Below are positions 25,805 through 38,749 of a stretch of 64,000 nucleotides of DNA, piece by piece. Numbering within the stretch: the stretch's first letter is position 1; every line of letters starts with the position of its first letter. The position numbers and the translations under genes were made by a program. The notes under the pieces are model-generated. The model had not been told where the DNA came from, ran no database searches, and worked only from the letters and a program-made list of their open reading frames with translations. This DNA comes from Octopus vulgaris (lineage: Eukaryota): assembly GCA_951406725.2 (NCBI GenBank), contig OX597825.1, positions 1,488,001-1,552,000 of the forward strand, in the 5' to 3' direction.

Positions 25805-27085
25805 AGAGATAAAGAAGATGTGCTTGGATTTACAAACATCAGAAAAAGAGTATCAATATATTGTACAGAATATAAATATTTTGATAAGAATATTTACAGC
25901 TGCTGCTGTTACTGTGTTTGTTGATGCAGCAGTTTCTTCTCCCATCAAAGACAGAGTGTATTACACACAGAACAGCACTAACACTAAAAATGCAAAAATA
26001 AATGAAATCTCATACAGTCAATCCTTCATATAGTTTAAAAGTGTTTTTCAATATTTTCAGGATTTTCTTAAATTTTGTAGAAAAGTCATGCCCTGCTGAC
26101 CACAGATATAATAATGAAATCTTTAAGGAGAGGTACTGTTAAATCAAAAACTTTATACTGGAAATTTTTTTTCTATTTAATCATACTAATTGAAGCACCA
26201 AACTTGAAAAAAGCTCTTCACTATTTAATTGCAACAACCCTAATATCTCTTCTCACAATGGAACCTGTCTTTCCGAAGCATTAGCTTATGAAGTAAACAA
26301 GAGTGAGGCAAAATTATATAAAACTCGAAAACCTGCCTGGAAAAAGATACGTTTAGACATTTCTCAGAAAAATGTCTCCCCACTGCATTTTCTAAATATA
26401 TCTCAAGTTCAAAGAATGACATTTCCATTCATAAACTCATTAAATCATTTGGTCCACAACAGAACATGTGTCCCTAAGTTAATCACACCAGAAGGTGTAA
26501 ACACTGTTTCTCAGAAAACCACATCTTACTACAGCTTTTGCAATTTAAGAAAAAAAGAAAATGTATAGGTGAATTTTTAGTGATACTTTGATATATATTA
26601 AGGAATTTCTGACAACCACCTGGCTCGAATGGTTTATACCCTACCAAATGAATTTGACATAACAGATGAACAGATACTGGGAAATCATTAATTTATTCAA
26701 CAAAGAAACCTTAAAAATAGCCAATTTATTTGATTTTTCTAGCTTTACATGTATGATACTGAGGATATGAAAATTAATCAAGTAATATACCATGTGTTTT
26801 GTATATGGTATGTGAGTAGGTGAATGTGAGATGCATTTTTTTAATGTTATTTTGGCAACTGATCAAATCTCAAAGACTAATAATCATTATTTCTCTGTGA
26901 GCTGAACAGAGATGACATTTCCAGACCAGAGATTCATTCTACCAGCCCTTCAGCTGAATGCACACGTCAGCAGATTAAAAAGAAAACCTCTTAACAGTAC
27001 AAAGCATGATCACTACACACTCCTAACAGCACTTTCATGTTTGTGCACCATAAAAATATGCAAAATCCATCATATGTAGCTCACT

Positions 27086-27122
<37 letters not shown>

Positions 27123-27123
<1 letters not shown>

Positions 27124-27915
27124 GAATGCATCCTCTTCCACTTCTTGTGGAAAGGATGTGTTCCAATGTTCAGGCGATCTGTTTGCTGCCGACACCTGTT
27201 AAAAGGAGGGCTGGGCATGCTGTGGTTGATGATGCACAGACACACGCCGAGACTTCGACATCTCCAGCTCTACGCAGACGACAGTGAACAGGGTGTGGCC
27301 ACCGTTTGTGAGGCGCACTTTCCCGCAGCTCATCTCCATGACTGAACTGCAGTCGTGGATCAAAAAGAGGCCGAGGAAGGGTGAATGGCACCACGAGTGT
27401 CGCTTTGCTCTTAAGCAACTATGACTTCAACACAACCAAAGCATTCTAAAAGGGATTAGTGGAGCGGAGGTCTGATGATGATCTCGGGGCGAACCTGGGC
27501 GTCGATGAGGAATACCTGAATCACCTGTTCAAGATGACTTTTAGGCCAGGTCCTATGGACAACTTCCAGAGATCCGTGGCCTGGTAGTTCTATTGAGAAG
27601 CACAGCCTGTTTGGGATAAGTTCTACAGGCATGACTCAAGAAACATGGGGCCGACCTGCCCGAGATGCAGTCAGAGCAACGAAACCCTCCTGCATGCACT
27701 CGTACAGTGTCCAACCATTTCTGACCTGTGGGCCTATGTCGAATGACTGCTATTGCATGTGGGGTGAGTCGGTTTATCAACTGAGTCTATCGTAAATATT
27801 GATGCGCCTCCTTCTTTGAAACGGGAAGGAAGAGCCATTTTCATTCTACTTGTGGCTATCGCGAACGAATGTGTACGGTGGACGTGTCTGAAAGGTCTAG
27901 AGACAAACACTTTCC
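27123..27915 (+). mobile_element. L1/Tx1-clade LINE ORF2 C-terminal fragment
   Basis: GC-rich island; FHFLWKG...CCRHLLKGGLGM post-RT motif and CCHC zinc knuckle CPRCSQSNETLLHALVQC (~27657-27710); frameshifts and stops. Confidence 0.8.
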
Positions 27916-28142
27916 TAAATAGTGAGCAGTTCTATAATCAAAGGTATTCCATATATGACTGTTCCCTTTTGTTGTTTCAATTAGTTTACCTAAAGTTACA
28001 TTACAGTGTTTAAGATGAAAGATTGTGATCGAGAATAAATTTGACTTAAAAAGAAAAAAGTAAAAGAAACCCACCAGGAGAATGGACACAACTAGAGTTA
28101 TCTAACAACCAGTTAACAGTATTTCACCAGTTCATGGATAAA

Positions 28143-28358
28143 CCCTTTAGCATTTAATCCAGCCATATCTAGCTCAAATATTTTACCTGTTTTATATACA
28201 AACTGACCAGATCTAGCCTCTCACACTTACCCTGCATTGTCATCCTAAAAGTAAAGTATTCCTTCATTAAAATCTCAAAGCTATGAGATAATGCATGATT
28301 AATTCAAAGTGGATAAATAAATATTACATTTGATAGAGCAATCTGAATGCTAATGGGT
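28143..28358. mobile_element. piggyBac-like MITE
   Basis: TIRs CCCTTTAGCATT / AATGCTAATGGG with decayed TTAA-like flanks (TAAA, TTGA). Confidence 0.65.
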
Positions 28359-30190
28359 TGAGCAGGTCGAGAGACTATGTAATAACTAACACCTTGGTGT
28401 GTGTGGACCATTTCCATATTATTAGAATCATTATCTTCATCCCCATCACAAGCATTATTATTCAATAATTGGCATTTTATTTGCCAATCACCAGAAAATA
28501 TTTACCCATGATAGATTTGCACTTTATTAATATTATAAAAGCATCTTGGAAGTATATTCCATGAATATTATGAATTACCAATGTGTGTATAATACATCAT
28601 GTAAATTCATTAAAATCTATTCCATAGTGTTCACACTGAATTAAATATTATCAATGAATATGAAATTAGAGAAATAAATTGGTTAACTTTGATTAAAAGC
28701 ACGATATTCCTAATTAAGAAAATATTCAAAATCTAGCTTCAACTCTTTCTTCCGACTTTCAATATTGGTTAATGATATAATTTATAGGACATTACATGAA
28801 AGTGTGAAATTCAACAAAAATTACTTTGCTTCAACAACTGCTGTACAAATTACTAGCGTTTATTCTGAAGGAATCAAACAAGGCAAAATTTTGTGCAAAA
28901 TCAAAGACACTGACAATCCTTCAGCTATTAATTGTGTACTAAAGATTTCAGGATCCTTCATATATTTAAGTCTAATGCAAAGAATTGATTGCAATACTAT
29001 ACAACACAGTTTGGCACCACCACACACAAAAAAAGCACAATATATCTATCTGTCTGTTTATCTATCGATAAATATAAGATCCAGGGACTGAGGTGTAGGA
29101 AGAAAGTTAGCTTCAAGCAATCTGCAGTGAAAATAAAAAAAACAACTTTCAGGAACAATAGTGGTTTATTGAGATGGAAGGATGTGGATTTTTTTTTACT
29201 TTTATCAAAGAACGACATACTGAAAAAAAAAAGTTCTTCTTATATTTCTCGTTTCGGGCAATCAGGGTTGTTGAGTGTGCAAAGAAGACTACAAGAGTTA
29301 CAGAGTGGAGTATGCAAAATCAGGGCTACACATGTTTCATATTATCTAATGTGAAGTGTGATTTGATAGGGTGTTGGTCACTATTGGCAGTACCTTAAGC
29401 AACTACAGAGAGGTTCCTTATTGATTTTAATAAGGAAGTGGTTGGATTTTACCACTTCTGAGGTTCCACTCCATTCCATAACTCTTTTGTATATATCTTG
29501 GATAACATTATGGATTCTTCTAATAAAAACATAAATACTAATAATTCTTTTGGGGAATGTTGAAACTCAAAGCAAATAAAGCTATAATAGTGTTAACTAT
29601 TGGGTTTTTAAAAAATGGCTCAAGATAAAGAATGTCAGGGGCTGCCTGTGGGATACATTCTAATGTACTGAGAGGAGCCTTACATGTGGTTTTAGTCTAG
29701 GTTGTTGACTCTGATAAAATGGACTTGTAATTAAAACAGCAACAACTACATTATGTAATATGTCCTTTATTTAAGATGGTGAAGTGTATTTTAGGAAGAT
29801 TTAACAGCTCTTTTTTGTAGGTCAAGAAATCATGCAGTGGTTGCCTGGAAACTCATTTAAAAATTTTTTCTTTGTCCTTGGACACTGCAAGAATCCATTA
29901 ACCTTTAATTATTGTTAATAATTAAATCAAAAACTCGTATTTTGCAAGAGGTTGTGTTACTCATTTAACTTGACCCCTGTTGCTAGTATTTTGTCATCTG
30001 ATTTAAAAGTATATTTGACACAATTGTTTTGAAATATAAAAATATCAGTTATCAGTTTTCCAATTAATTCTGTTATCACAAGAGAATTTATATTTGAATT
30101 TTACAAACATCCATCTTGACTAGACTCAATTTCATTGGATAAAATAGTAATTTAGAGCCAAAAGAAAATCTTAAAAATAGTCTTCTCTAA

Positions 30191-30456
30191 TTAACCCCTT
30201 TGATACTAATATGCCTGAGATGGCTTCTAGTTTCATAACACAAAACTTCTAAATTTAAGTGTTCATATTTAAAATAAAACTCTCCATCATAATTTTTATA
30301 TAAGAACAATTTGTTAAGTTATATTACAAATGCCATCTTAATTATGAAAATATCTGTTATTTTACAAAATCTTTACTAATTCTTCATTATTTTGAAAATT
30401 AATTAAAACATATGGACAATGCATTTCATTAGAAATATGCTCATAAAAGACCTAAC
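30191..30456. mobile_element. Old piggyBac-like MITE, second family (other partial copies ~45942-46130, 46960-47175, 52365-52520, 53077-53340, 57370-57600)
   Basis: Starts TTAACCCCTTTGATAC; internal motifs (TTCCATCA.AATTT, CCAAACACCAGCTT, TTCATTATTTT) recur among the copies. Confidence 0.55.
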
Positions 30457-30637
30457 TATATTATATTACATGGTATCCATTCTGTGACTTTAGGTAATTA
30501 AGGTCAAGTTATAATTTACACAGCATAAGGTCATTAAAACAAAAATCACTGAGATAATTGTTATTTACTCTTAGGCTACCCTTGCTGAAGCAGGCTTAGG
30601 ATATAAGGCTTTCTGACAGACACCATTCAATCTGGTC

Positions 30638-30670
<33 letters not shown>

Positions 30671-31655
30671 TTGTGCATGTGTGTTTATGCCTGTGTGTAT
30701 GGATAAGTATATCCAGGACTAGTTCTGCAAAGTGTCTTTCTTTCCATTTAAGAGAGCAGAGTGTAAATCACGAGAAACTTGGCTGCTATTTATAGCAGGT
30801 CAGAATATTGTATAGAAGCTTCTTCATTGGCTCATAAAGAACAAATCAATGATCAATACTAATAATCAGCTGTTAATATCTCTATCATATACTTCTGATA
30901 TTTTCCATAAAACTGACATAAATATTTCTCTACATAAATATCAAATGTTTACAGGTGAATTGATTGGAAGCTGTGGTGATTATATCTTTTATATATAGAT
31001 ATACATATGTAAGTGGTTAGACTGAAATGATATGAAATGAAATCTAATTAGCAATCCACTCACACAAGATGATAGCAAATACGACTTATCGGGTGTTCCT
31101 CAGCTACACTTTACTCACTGTAGCTGTTAACACCAGGTCAGCTCTTACCCAGCAGATCCATGATCAAAAGGAGTTTAGCTACGACCGTTCCATTTTCAAT
31201 CTAAGTAGATTTTAAAAGACTATAATTTCTATGAACTAATGAACTTACAGAATCTAAAATGATGGATTCTGTGTTAGCTTTGAAAGGAGCTGGTTTGAAA
31301 TTCCATATTTGTCATAAATTGTAAAAGGAAATGAGAGAGAGTGTGTAAGTAAATAGTTACACAGCCCAAGCAGCGTGAAAATGTATCTATGGGTTTGTAT
31401 GTAGTGCATGCTAGTGCGTTTATATATCATCACCATCATCAGTTTAATGTCCACTTTTCTGTGTGTGGAGGAGTCGGAATTTGTTGAGAGAATTTCTACA
31501 GCCAGACACCCTTCTTGTTACCATCCTGCATCCATTTCAAAATAAAGTAATATTTCACTTTTGCCAAACATGTTTTCCATGGAAGAGTGGAAACGAGCAG
31601 CATTGCTTGTATGATGATACTTGTTGACAACCATCACATGATGTCAGGACAACGT

Positions 31656-31692
<37 letters not shown>

Positions 31693-32779
31693 TTACAATA
31701 AACTTCTTCCAGCTACTGTCTGCTAAACCCACTTACAAGACACTCATCCAAGGTGACATGCAGTGGAACTAAGCCTGAAATCATATGGTTGAGAAGCAAG
31801 CCATGCATATGCCTGTGTGTGTGTATCTATAGTGATTCTCTGCCATTATCTCCTCCTGTCAATGTTTTTCAGATCTCCTCCTGACCGTTTTCCTTCCTCT
31901 CCTTTCCCCCCTCTCCAGTCAGTGGACTGCATCTAGATTACATTATCCAATGTGTCTTCTCTTCATTTATGTTGGCAGGGTGTGATTTGAAGGAGATTCA
32001 GTTCCTATTTCAAACACGGAGAGTTTCTCTTATTGGATTGTCTACACTCGACTAGACACCATATCTGAAGATAATTACAACAACTTGAATAACCTTGATG
32101 TTAACAGGGACAGATTTGTCAAGACAGAAATTGGGAATGATTTGATGAGCATAATTTTATAATTAACTTCACCTGAAGAACATTTCTATGGATGTTCAAC
32201 TCTAGTTTTGTAATTTGGAATGATCAGAATTAAGTGCAGCTTTCTCCCAACAGAAGAATATGGTGAGATATCTATGAAATCCACTCTTCTCAACAAAAGT
32301 AATTCTATGAAGTAATGAACTAAAATACCCCGGATGAGTAATTTCTTCTTAGCTTCTTACTTGTCATGTTGAGTAAAACATTACAACAATCTATGCCTGC
32401 GTGTATGTATCTGTAGAGATATCTTCTATGTGAATAGTGTATTCTTGTCAGTCTCTCATCCTTTCAATGTTTTTCAAATTCCTTTTATTTTCTCTCCATC
32501 TGCCTGTTCCCCGCTTCCACCAAACAGTTGGTATTTCTTTCTCTCCCTTTTTCACCCTTTCTTTTCACTGTTATAATAATTTCCCCTTATTCACCACACC
32601 TAATCTATTATCCTAGAAACACAAACATTTCATTTCTCTCAGACAAAAGGGTCGACTGCAAACATTAGCCGTCCCTTTTCCCACTGTATAAACTCTTTGT
32701 CGTGCATTAGGTTGAATATTTACTTATTTAGCAGCAAAATTCTGGTTTCATTTTCACCAGATGCAATGATTTAGCGCTT

Positions 32780-33090
32780 ACAAGTTTCAGTCATTGGATT
32801 GCAACCATTCTGGGGTACCACCATAAAGGTTTTTCCAATGAATACACCCCAGGACTAATGTTTTCTTCTTTTTTCTTTAAATCTAGCCTTTTTTCTATCA
32901 GTCACATTTGCTGAATCACTAAGTTATGAGAATGTAAACAAAGCAACACTGGTTGCCAAGCTGTGGAGGTATGTGTGACAAACATGCACACACACACACA
33001 CACATACACACACACACTCAAGGTAGTGCAAAGAGGGAATGAATCCAGAACCTTGTAGCTGCAAAAACAGTTTTTTAACAACACTACTCT
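32780..33090 (-). mobile_element. Degenerate family B SINE
   Basis: GTTTCAGTCATTGGATTGC...CTAAGTTA...GTAAACAAAGCAACACTGGTTG...(CA)n, the reverse of the family B tail. Confidence 0.6.
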
Positions 33091-33171
33091 ACTTATATAT
33101 ATATACTTGTGTGTGAAGAGTAAATGAGAATTGAGATGCCCAAGTCTTTCTCAAAAGCATTAATGACATTG

Positions 33172-33472
33172 CAGCGTGGAATGTGTTTATAAGTCATTTA
33201 AGAAAATACAAAATCTGTTAGATTCACTTCAACATTTAAATTTAATTTGTCAAAATATTTTCGTCGCTTTGAGACCGTGACCTGTTCACTGACAAAAATC
33301 CATGCTCAAAGCAACGAAAATATTTTGGCAAATTAAATTTAAATGTTGAAGTGAATCTAACGTATTTTGTGTGTTTCTTAAATGGCTTATAAATACCTTC
33401 CATGCTGCAAATGTTTTCATTCCAGCACACGATCTCAGATCATGTCACTTGCTATGTAAGTATATCTCCGCA
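33172..33472. mobile_element. Fold-back retro-insertion (Penelope-like pseudo-LTR in inverted arrangement) with perfect 13-bp TSD
   Basis: ATTAATGACATTG at 33159-33171 and 33473-33485; ~105-bp inverted arms 33169-33273 / 33305-33410; contains a hammerhead-like motif. Confidence 0.75.
33246..33296 (-). ncRNA. Minimal type I hammerhead ribozyme-like motif, G3-C8 core variant
   Basis: Minus strand: UUUGUCA (stem I) GUGAACA (core 3-9) G GUCAC-GGUCUCAAA-GCGAC (stem II, one A-C mismatch) GAA AAUAUU (palindromic stem III) U17 UGACAAA (stem I). Confidence 0.65.
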
Positions 33473-35905
33473 ATTAATGACATTGGTGAAAAGAAATGGC
33501 TTTAACTAAATCTAAACCTCATTCTAAGCTTCATTTACTGTTAACCTACTGCTATTCTACAATGCTTACTACTAAGCAAAATTATCTGTGTGAAGTTTAA
33601 AACTTGTATCTTTTGGTAGTCTAGCTTTGGCATATTGTGATGAAGGAGGATTTTTTTTTGTACTATATAATAGCATGCTGAATGAAAGAATGGAAATCGA
33701 CTTGAAGTTTCTTACAAGATAATTGTTTTCTCCATAAAGCAAAAAGCTGGATAATTTTGACAAACACTGACTTTAAATCTCTGGTCTATTATGAAAAGTA
33801 GTTCACACTGTAGAAATGATACTTCAGCATTTTGGCAATCAATCATGATCAAAAGAGATAAAGCAGTTGTTACCATAATTAGTTTTACTTACAAATTATT
33901 CCTTTCCTACTAAAGAATTTTCATGGAAATCTGCCATCAATTCACCCCCAAAATACAGAAATACACACTCGTATCACAAATACTAACACGTAGACAAACA
34001 AAACCCATATATGGGCAGAGATGTATACATACACATGAATACAGGCAAATATATATTTGATGTACACGAACACAGTTTCGATAGTTCTCTGTGTAGGCTG
34101 CTAACTAAAGTAGTAAAATCATCTATTCACTTTCTCCTATTGATTTTAACACTAATGATGGTTGTTGTAGAGAGAATGCATGCCAAATGACTTTAGGTTC
34201 AATTACAACAATAACCACGATTAGACACAACTATTATAAATCCTATACATCTCACTATATACCAAACTTATTAATTCTCCTGCTGTGTGGTAGCATACAT
34301 AATTAATTATTTGCTTATTGTAGAAGCCAGCACCTGCTGCCAGATAGATTTTGAAACAGAAGGAAATAAATCAATACGTTGTACCCATATCGTGGTTAAT
34401 CCACTCAAAATAAAATTTTGGCACATTCAAAAACAACATTCTTTCATGAAATGAAAACTCTATTAACCTGGCTCCTGTGCTGAGTAGCAAAAACAACATG
34501 TTATACAGCTGTTGTTAGTTTTATGGCACCACACGACTTAATAATAAAACAGACCTAAGACAATTTTACGACAAATGAACCAATAAAAAAGAGTATCTAT
34601 ATTGTTATTCAGCTAGCTCAGTACAATAGGCCTACATCTAGAACCACCATATTTTTTTCTAACATAAAAAAAAACCCAAAAACACATAAAGATAGGATGG
34701 AACAAATTATTTCCTTACACCATGTTTACTCAAGTAAGTTATTTCTATAGTTTGCTCAAATATGCTTTCTCCATGGCATAAGTTTACTCAGGCAGAGATG
34801 ATTGCAGCTACTCAACAAAAAGTGCTGCTTGTGTCTTCTTCAATCTCTCTAACAACACAGAAGGTTATTCAAAATAAAGTGGAACCACTGAAGCCAGGCA
34901 ACAGCAGAAATTACACTGGAAACAGACAGAGTTGAAAAGCAAACAAAACTAATGGAAACAGAGACTTGCTATGAAGATTCAGCAACGACTGCGTAAATAT
35001 ATCACAAGATCAAAGAGAATTGTGAAACTAACTGGAAATACGTGAAGACAAGCAGTTTTAATGGTTACTGTGATATCATTAAGGTTTCAAAATCAACATT
35101 TGCTTGAATTCATATTAGATGTCAGGAAAATTAATAGCAAATCGCAAAATATCTAATGACAACATAGGTTTGCTCACCATAGTCAGCTAAAGACAACAGA
35201 AACTATCAGAAAATCTAAGGACGGAAACACTGTAACTATAAATTTAGTAAAAACGAAAAACTCTGAACCATTTCTTCTGCAGAATATTGGTCAGGTGGCA
35301 GAAAATGATAGTTAAGCAAAGAGCATTTACCGCTTAACATTCGTTAAGAATATTGGATACAGAATGGAAGAGTGCTGACAGCATATTTATACAATAAAAC
35401 AGATTGGCTGATTATTGCCAACGTTTTCAATATCAAAAATAAATATCGTAGGATGAAAAGTTGTTTCTAATGCGATTAAAATGTTTCTAACTGCCCCACT
35501 TGTTGGCTCAGCCAAAGAATGTTAGCAAATACATAGCAGCCCTCCTCATCTCTGCATTCAATTGAGGCTGTTTGATGCTGAACTAATCAAAACCTACTCT
35601 GATATAAAATTCACTCTGTAACTGCCCAAGTGATCACATCCCCCTTGCTCTCTTCTCAGATGACAGCAAGACCTCATAACATGAGATAGATTTCTCATTC
35701 ATTGTGGCAGTTTAACTTACCAAAATCTACAATAAACTGTCCATGGTGGATTCTCAATATTACAAGCCTTCCTTCCTGACTAAATCTCTGAAAAGAGTGA
35801 AATAATGTTTTTTCAAGTGATGGTATTTCATGTTATAACACAGATTATGTCTATAACAGGTGTGTATAATATATTGGTTGACTAAAATGCATTAGACACA
35901 TATTG

Positions 35906-36090
35906 TTTTCAAATTTTGGCACAAGGCCAGCAAATTGTGGGGGAGTGAGTAAGTCGATTACATCAATCCTGGTGCTCAGAATGAAAGGCAAAAGTTGACC
36001 TTGGCGGAATTTGAACTCAGAATGTAAAGACAGACAAAATACTACTAAGAATTTTGCATGGCATGCCAATGATTCTGCCAGCTCACCACT
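35906..36090 (-). mobile_element. tRNA-derived SINE family C variant
   Basis: GAAAGGCAAAAGTTGACCTTGGCGGAATTTGAACTCAGAATGT...TTCTGCCAGCTCACC is the reverse complement of the family C head. Confidence 0.75.
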
Positions 36091-36627
36091 TTAATGCATT
36101 GAACACACATTAAACAATCATAAACTGAATCACTGTTAGAAAAAAGAAAAAAAAAAAGAAAAAAAGGAAAAAAGAAAGAAAAATGTTCTTGCCATTGAAG
36201 AAGCTTAATCAAATTGTTGAGATTAAGAAGCACCTGTTTTTTTTTACTTTTTTAAGCCAAATCAGAAGAAGTGGCAGCAGAGATCATGATTTGTGCCAGT
36301 ATTGATCCTGATGATACATGTGCAGGTTGTTTTCTGTAAGAAAAAAAGTGTGTGAGGTGGAGAACGGGACCAAATACTAGCAACAGAGTGAACTTTAGGA
36401 AAAGACTGAAAAAAAACCCCACAAACAACCCCACCAAAAATTTGGCCAACCACACAGAAGCTAAAAACTATGAAATTAAGTTTTTATTTCACTGAACACA
36501 TTTGGCTCAGTAAGAGGTTGTCTTTGTGTTTGTGGGTCTGTTGTATATATTATACACACCTGTTGTATATAGCATACTGTAGAATATTGAACTGAGTGCA
36601 TAATCTTTATGTATCTTTATTGATATT

Positions 36628-36958
36628 AGCCTCTTCAGTGACAACTGACCAAGGGATTGAACCTAGAATGTTCCCCTCAGGCATAAGTCTGGGCAAGATC
36701 GTTTGTGAAAGACCAGCAGTCACCTATGTGTAACAGTCTCCCCTCTCCATGTCACCAATGTTGTCCAAGGGAAAGGCAAAGGGGCCAAAACAGCTTGGCC
36801 CCAGTGATGTTGCAACTCACTTCCACAGTTGAGTGAACTGGAGTAATGTGAAATAAAATGTCTTGCCCCAGAACACAACACAGAACCAAGTCTGAGAATG
36901 AAAATCACAACCTCATGACCGTAAGGCCAATGCTCTAACCACTGAGCCATGCGCCTTC
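36628..36958 (-). mobile_element. tRNA-derived SINE family D
   Basis: Minus strand begins GAAGGCGCATGGCTCAGTGGTTAGAGC (A box); colinear with 59508-59846. Confidence 0.8.
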
Positions 36959-37323
36959 CCTTTAGGGCAAAATATGAGAGCAGTAATTGTGTGTGAACTA
37001 CTATCAGAAGAATCCATCAAAGGGTAACCAGCTGTTGACTTCAGTGGCAAGGCAGGGTTACATTTGGGAGAATCAGGTTCTCTCCAAGCGAATTAGTGGT
37101 GTAAAGCCATGATATTAGCTACAATCTAGAATCAAAACCAGGTCACAGAACTTTTCTCTCAAGCAGAATGCCATTATATTAATGGAGGACCACTTATCAC
37201 CCATTAATATAATACACAAGAATATATTCGAAAGTGAAGCACTAGAGTACTGCATCTATATAACAAAAATAAAAGTAGTTTCTATATCTATCCAGCATCT
37301 TACTGACAACATCTTGCAGACTC

Positions 37324-37361
<38 letters not shown>

Positions 37362-37364
37362 TGA

Positions 37365-37624
37365 GTAACATTATACTAAAACCCACAAGTCTTGTTAATT
37401 ACGGCTACCCGGGGTTTCATGGCTGAAACATTTACTTTACCATTTTTCAAGCTGAGAACAAAGATGGTTTGACCGTTGCTTTAAAGCAGGTGACGTCATT
37501 TGCTTTAAAGCAACTGTCAAAATGTCATGTTCTCAGCTTGAAAAATGGCAAAAAAAAATGTTTCAGCCATGAAACCCTGGGTAGCTGTAATTAACAAGAT
37601 TTGTGGTTTTTATTAAAATATTAT
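37365..37624. repeat. 260-bp spacerless imperfect palindrome (fold-back MITE-like) centred on TGACGTCA
   Basis: Arms symmetric about 37494/37495, e.g. CTTGTTAATTACGGCTACCCGGGGTTTCATGGCTGAAACAT vs ATGTTTCAGCCATGAAACCCTGGGTAGCTGTAATTAACAAG. Confidence 0.9.
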
Positions 37625-37703
37625 CTTTACTCACTTAGCTGATCAAGTGCTATTCTACTTGTTGAATCCTTACCACATAATTTTATCATATACATATATA
37701 TAC

Positions 37704-37752
<49 letters not shown>

Positions 37753-37797
37753 TACTTAAAATATGCTCGTGGCATATTTCAACTTCTAAGGCAAATT

Positions 37798-37919
37798 CAC
37801 TGTGGTTACTCTGGAGGAAAAAAAATCTCTTTTATGGTAAAAGGTGTAAAAACACAGAGTTGGTGTTTTTACACCTTTTACCATAAGAGAGAATTTTTTC
37901 TCCATGGTAACTTGCAGTG
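37798..37919. repeat. ~120-bp hairpin with a perfect 24-bp inner stem
   Basis: TTATGGTAAAAGGTGTAAAAACAC (37832-37855) / GTGTTTTTACACCTTTTACCATAA (37863-37886), 7-nt loop, imperfect outer stem. Confidence 0.9.
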
Positions 37920-38406
37920 CCACAAACATATTTTAACTAACCTAAAATTTGCTTATGCCTAATCCCTGCTTAGCACTGATACAGCAGATATACATATATA
38001 TCAACATCATCATTTAACCTCCGTTGTCCATGGATTGGACAGTTTGACCAGAGCTGGCAAGCTAGGGTGCTGCACCAGACTCTTTGAATCCACTTAAACT
38101 ATTATTCGATTGGGATAGGAATAAGATTCATAAATCATCAACTTTGCAACAATCCTCACCCACCCTGAACAAAAAAGCAATGGCCCCAAGTAGTCATTTG
38201 ATTTGCTAGAAATAGTAGTCAAATTTTGCCTTCTCTCAATTTACAATTTACCATTTTAAACAAGCAAAGAAACAATGGTTTTATAGTTTGAGGTTTATTG
38301 CTTGACGGAATATATTAAGGACCAGGGAAAATACCACAATGACTACTCTGATAGTTTTTTCCTTTTCTTGCTCATATTATGTATTTTGCTAATATGAATC
38401 AAAAAA

Positions 38407-38460
<54 letters not shown>

Positions 38461-38518
38461 TAGGCTTCCACAGAGTTTCATCCACCAAATTTCCACTGAT
38501 TGGTATTAATTAAGAATA

Positions 38519-38749
38519 GGCGGTGAGCTGGCAGAAACGTTAGCATGCTGCGTGAAATGCTTAGCAGTATTTTGTTTGCCGTTACGTTCTGAGTTCAAAT
38601 TCTGCCGAGGTTGACTTTGCCTTTCATCCTTTCGGAGTCGATTAAATAAGTACCAGTTACGCACTGGGGTTGATATCATCGACATAATCCGTTTGTCTGT
38701 TCTTGTTTGTCCTCTCTGTGTTTAGCCCCTTGTGGGTAGTAAAGAAATA
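38519..38749 (+). mobile_element. tRNA-derived SINE family C, full length, 13-bp TSD, nested in an older family B SINE
   Basis: Head GGCGGTGAGCTGGCAGAAACGTTAGC, B box GAGTTCAAATTC; GGTATTAATTAAG at 38502-38514 and 38750-38762. Confidence 0.9.

Noticed and set aside
37391-37435. Stem followed by GAAAC in the CRE palindrome arm as a fourth hammerhead
   Set aside because: The upstream TTAATTAC lacks G5 and 3-8 complementarity.
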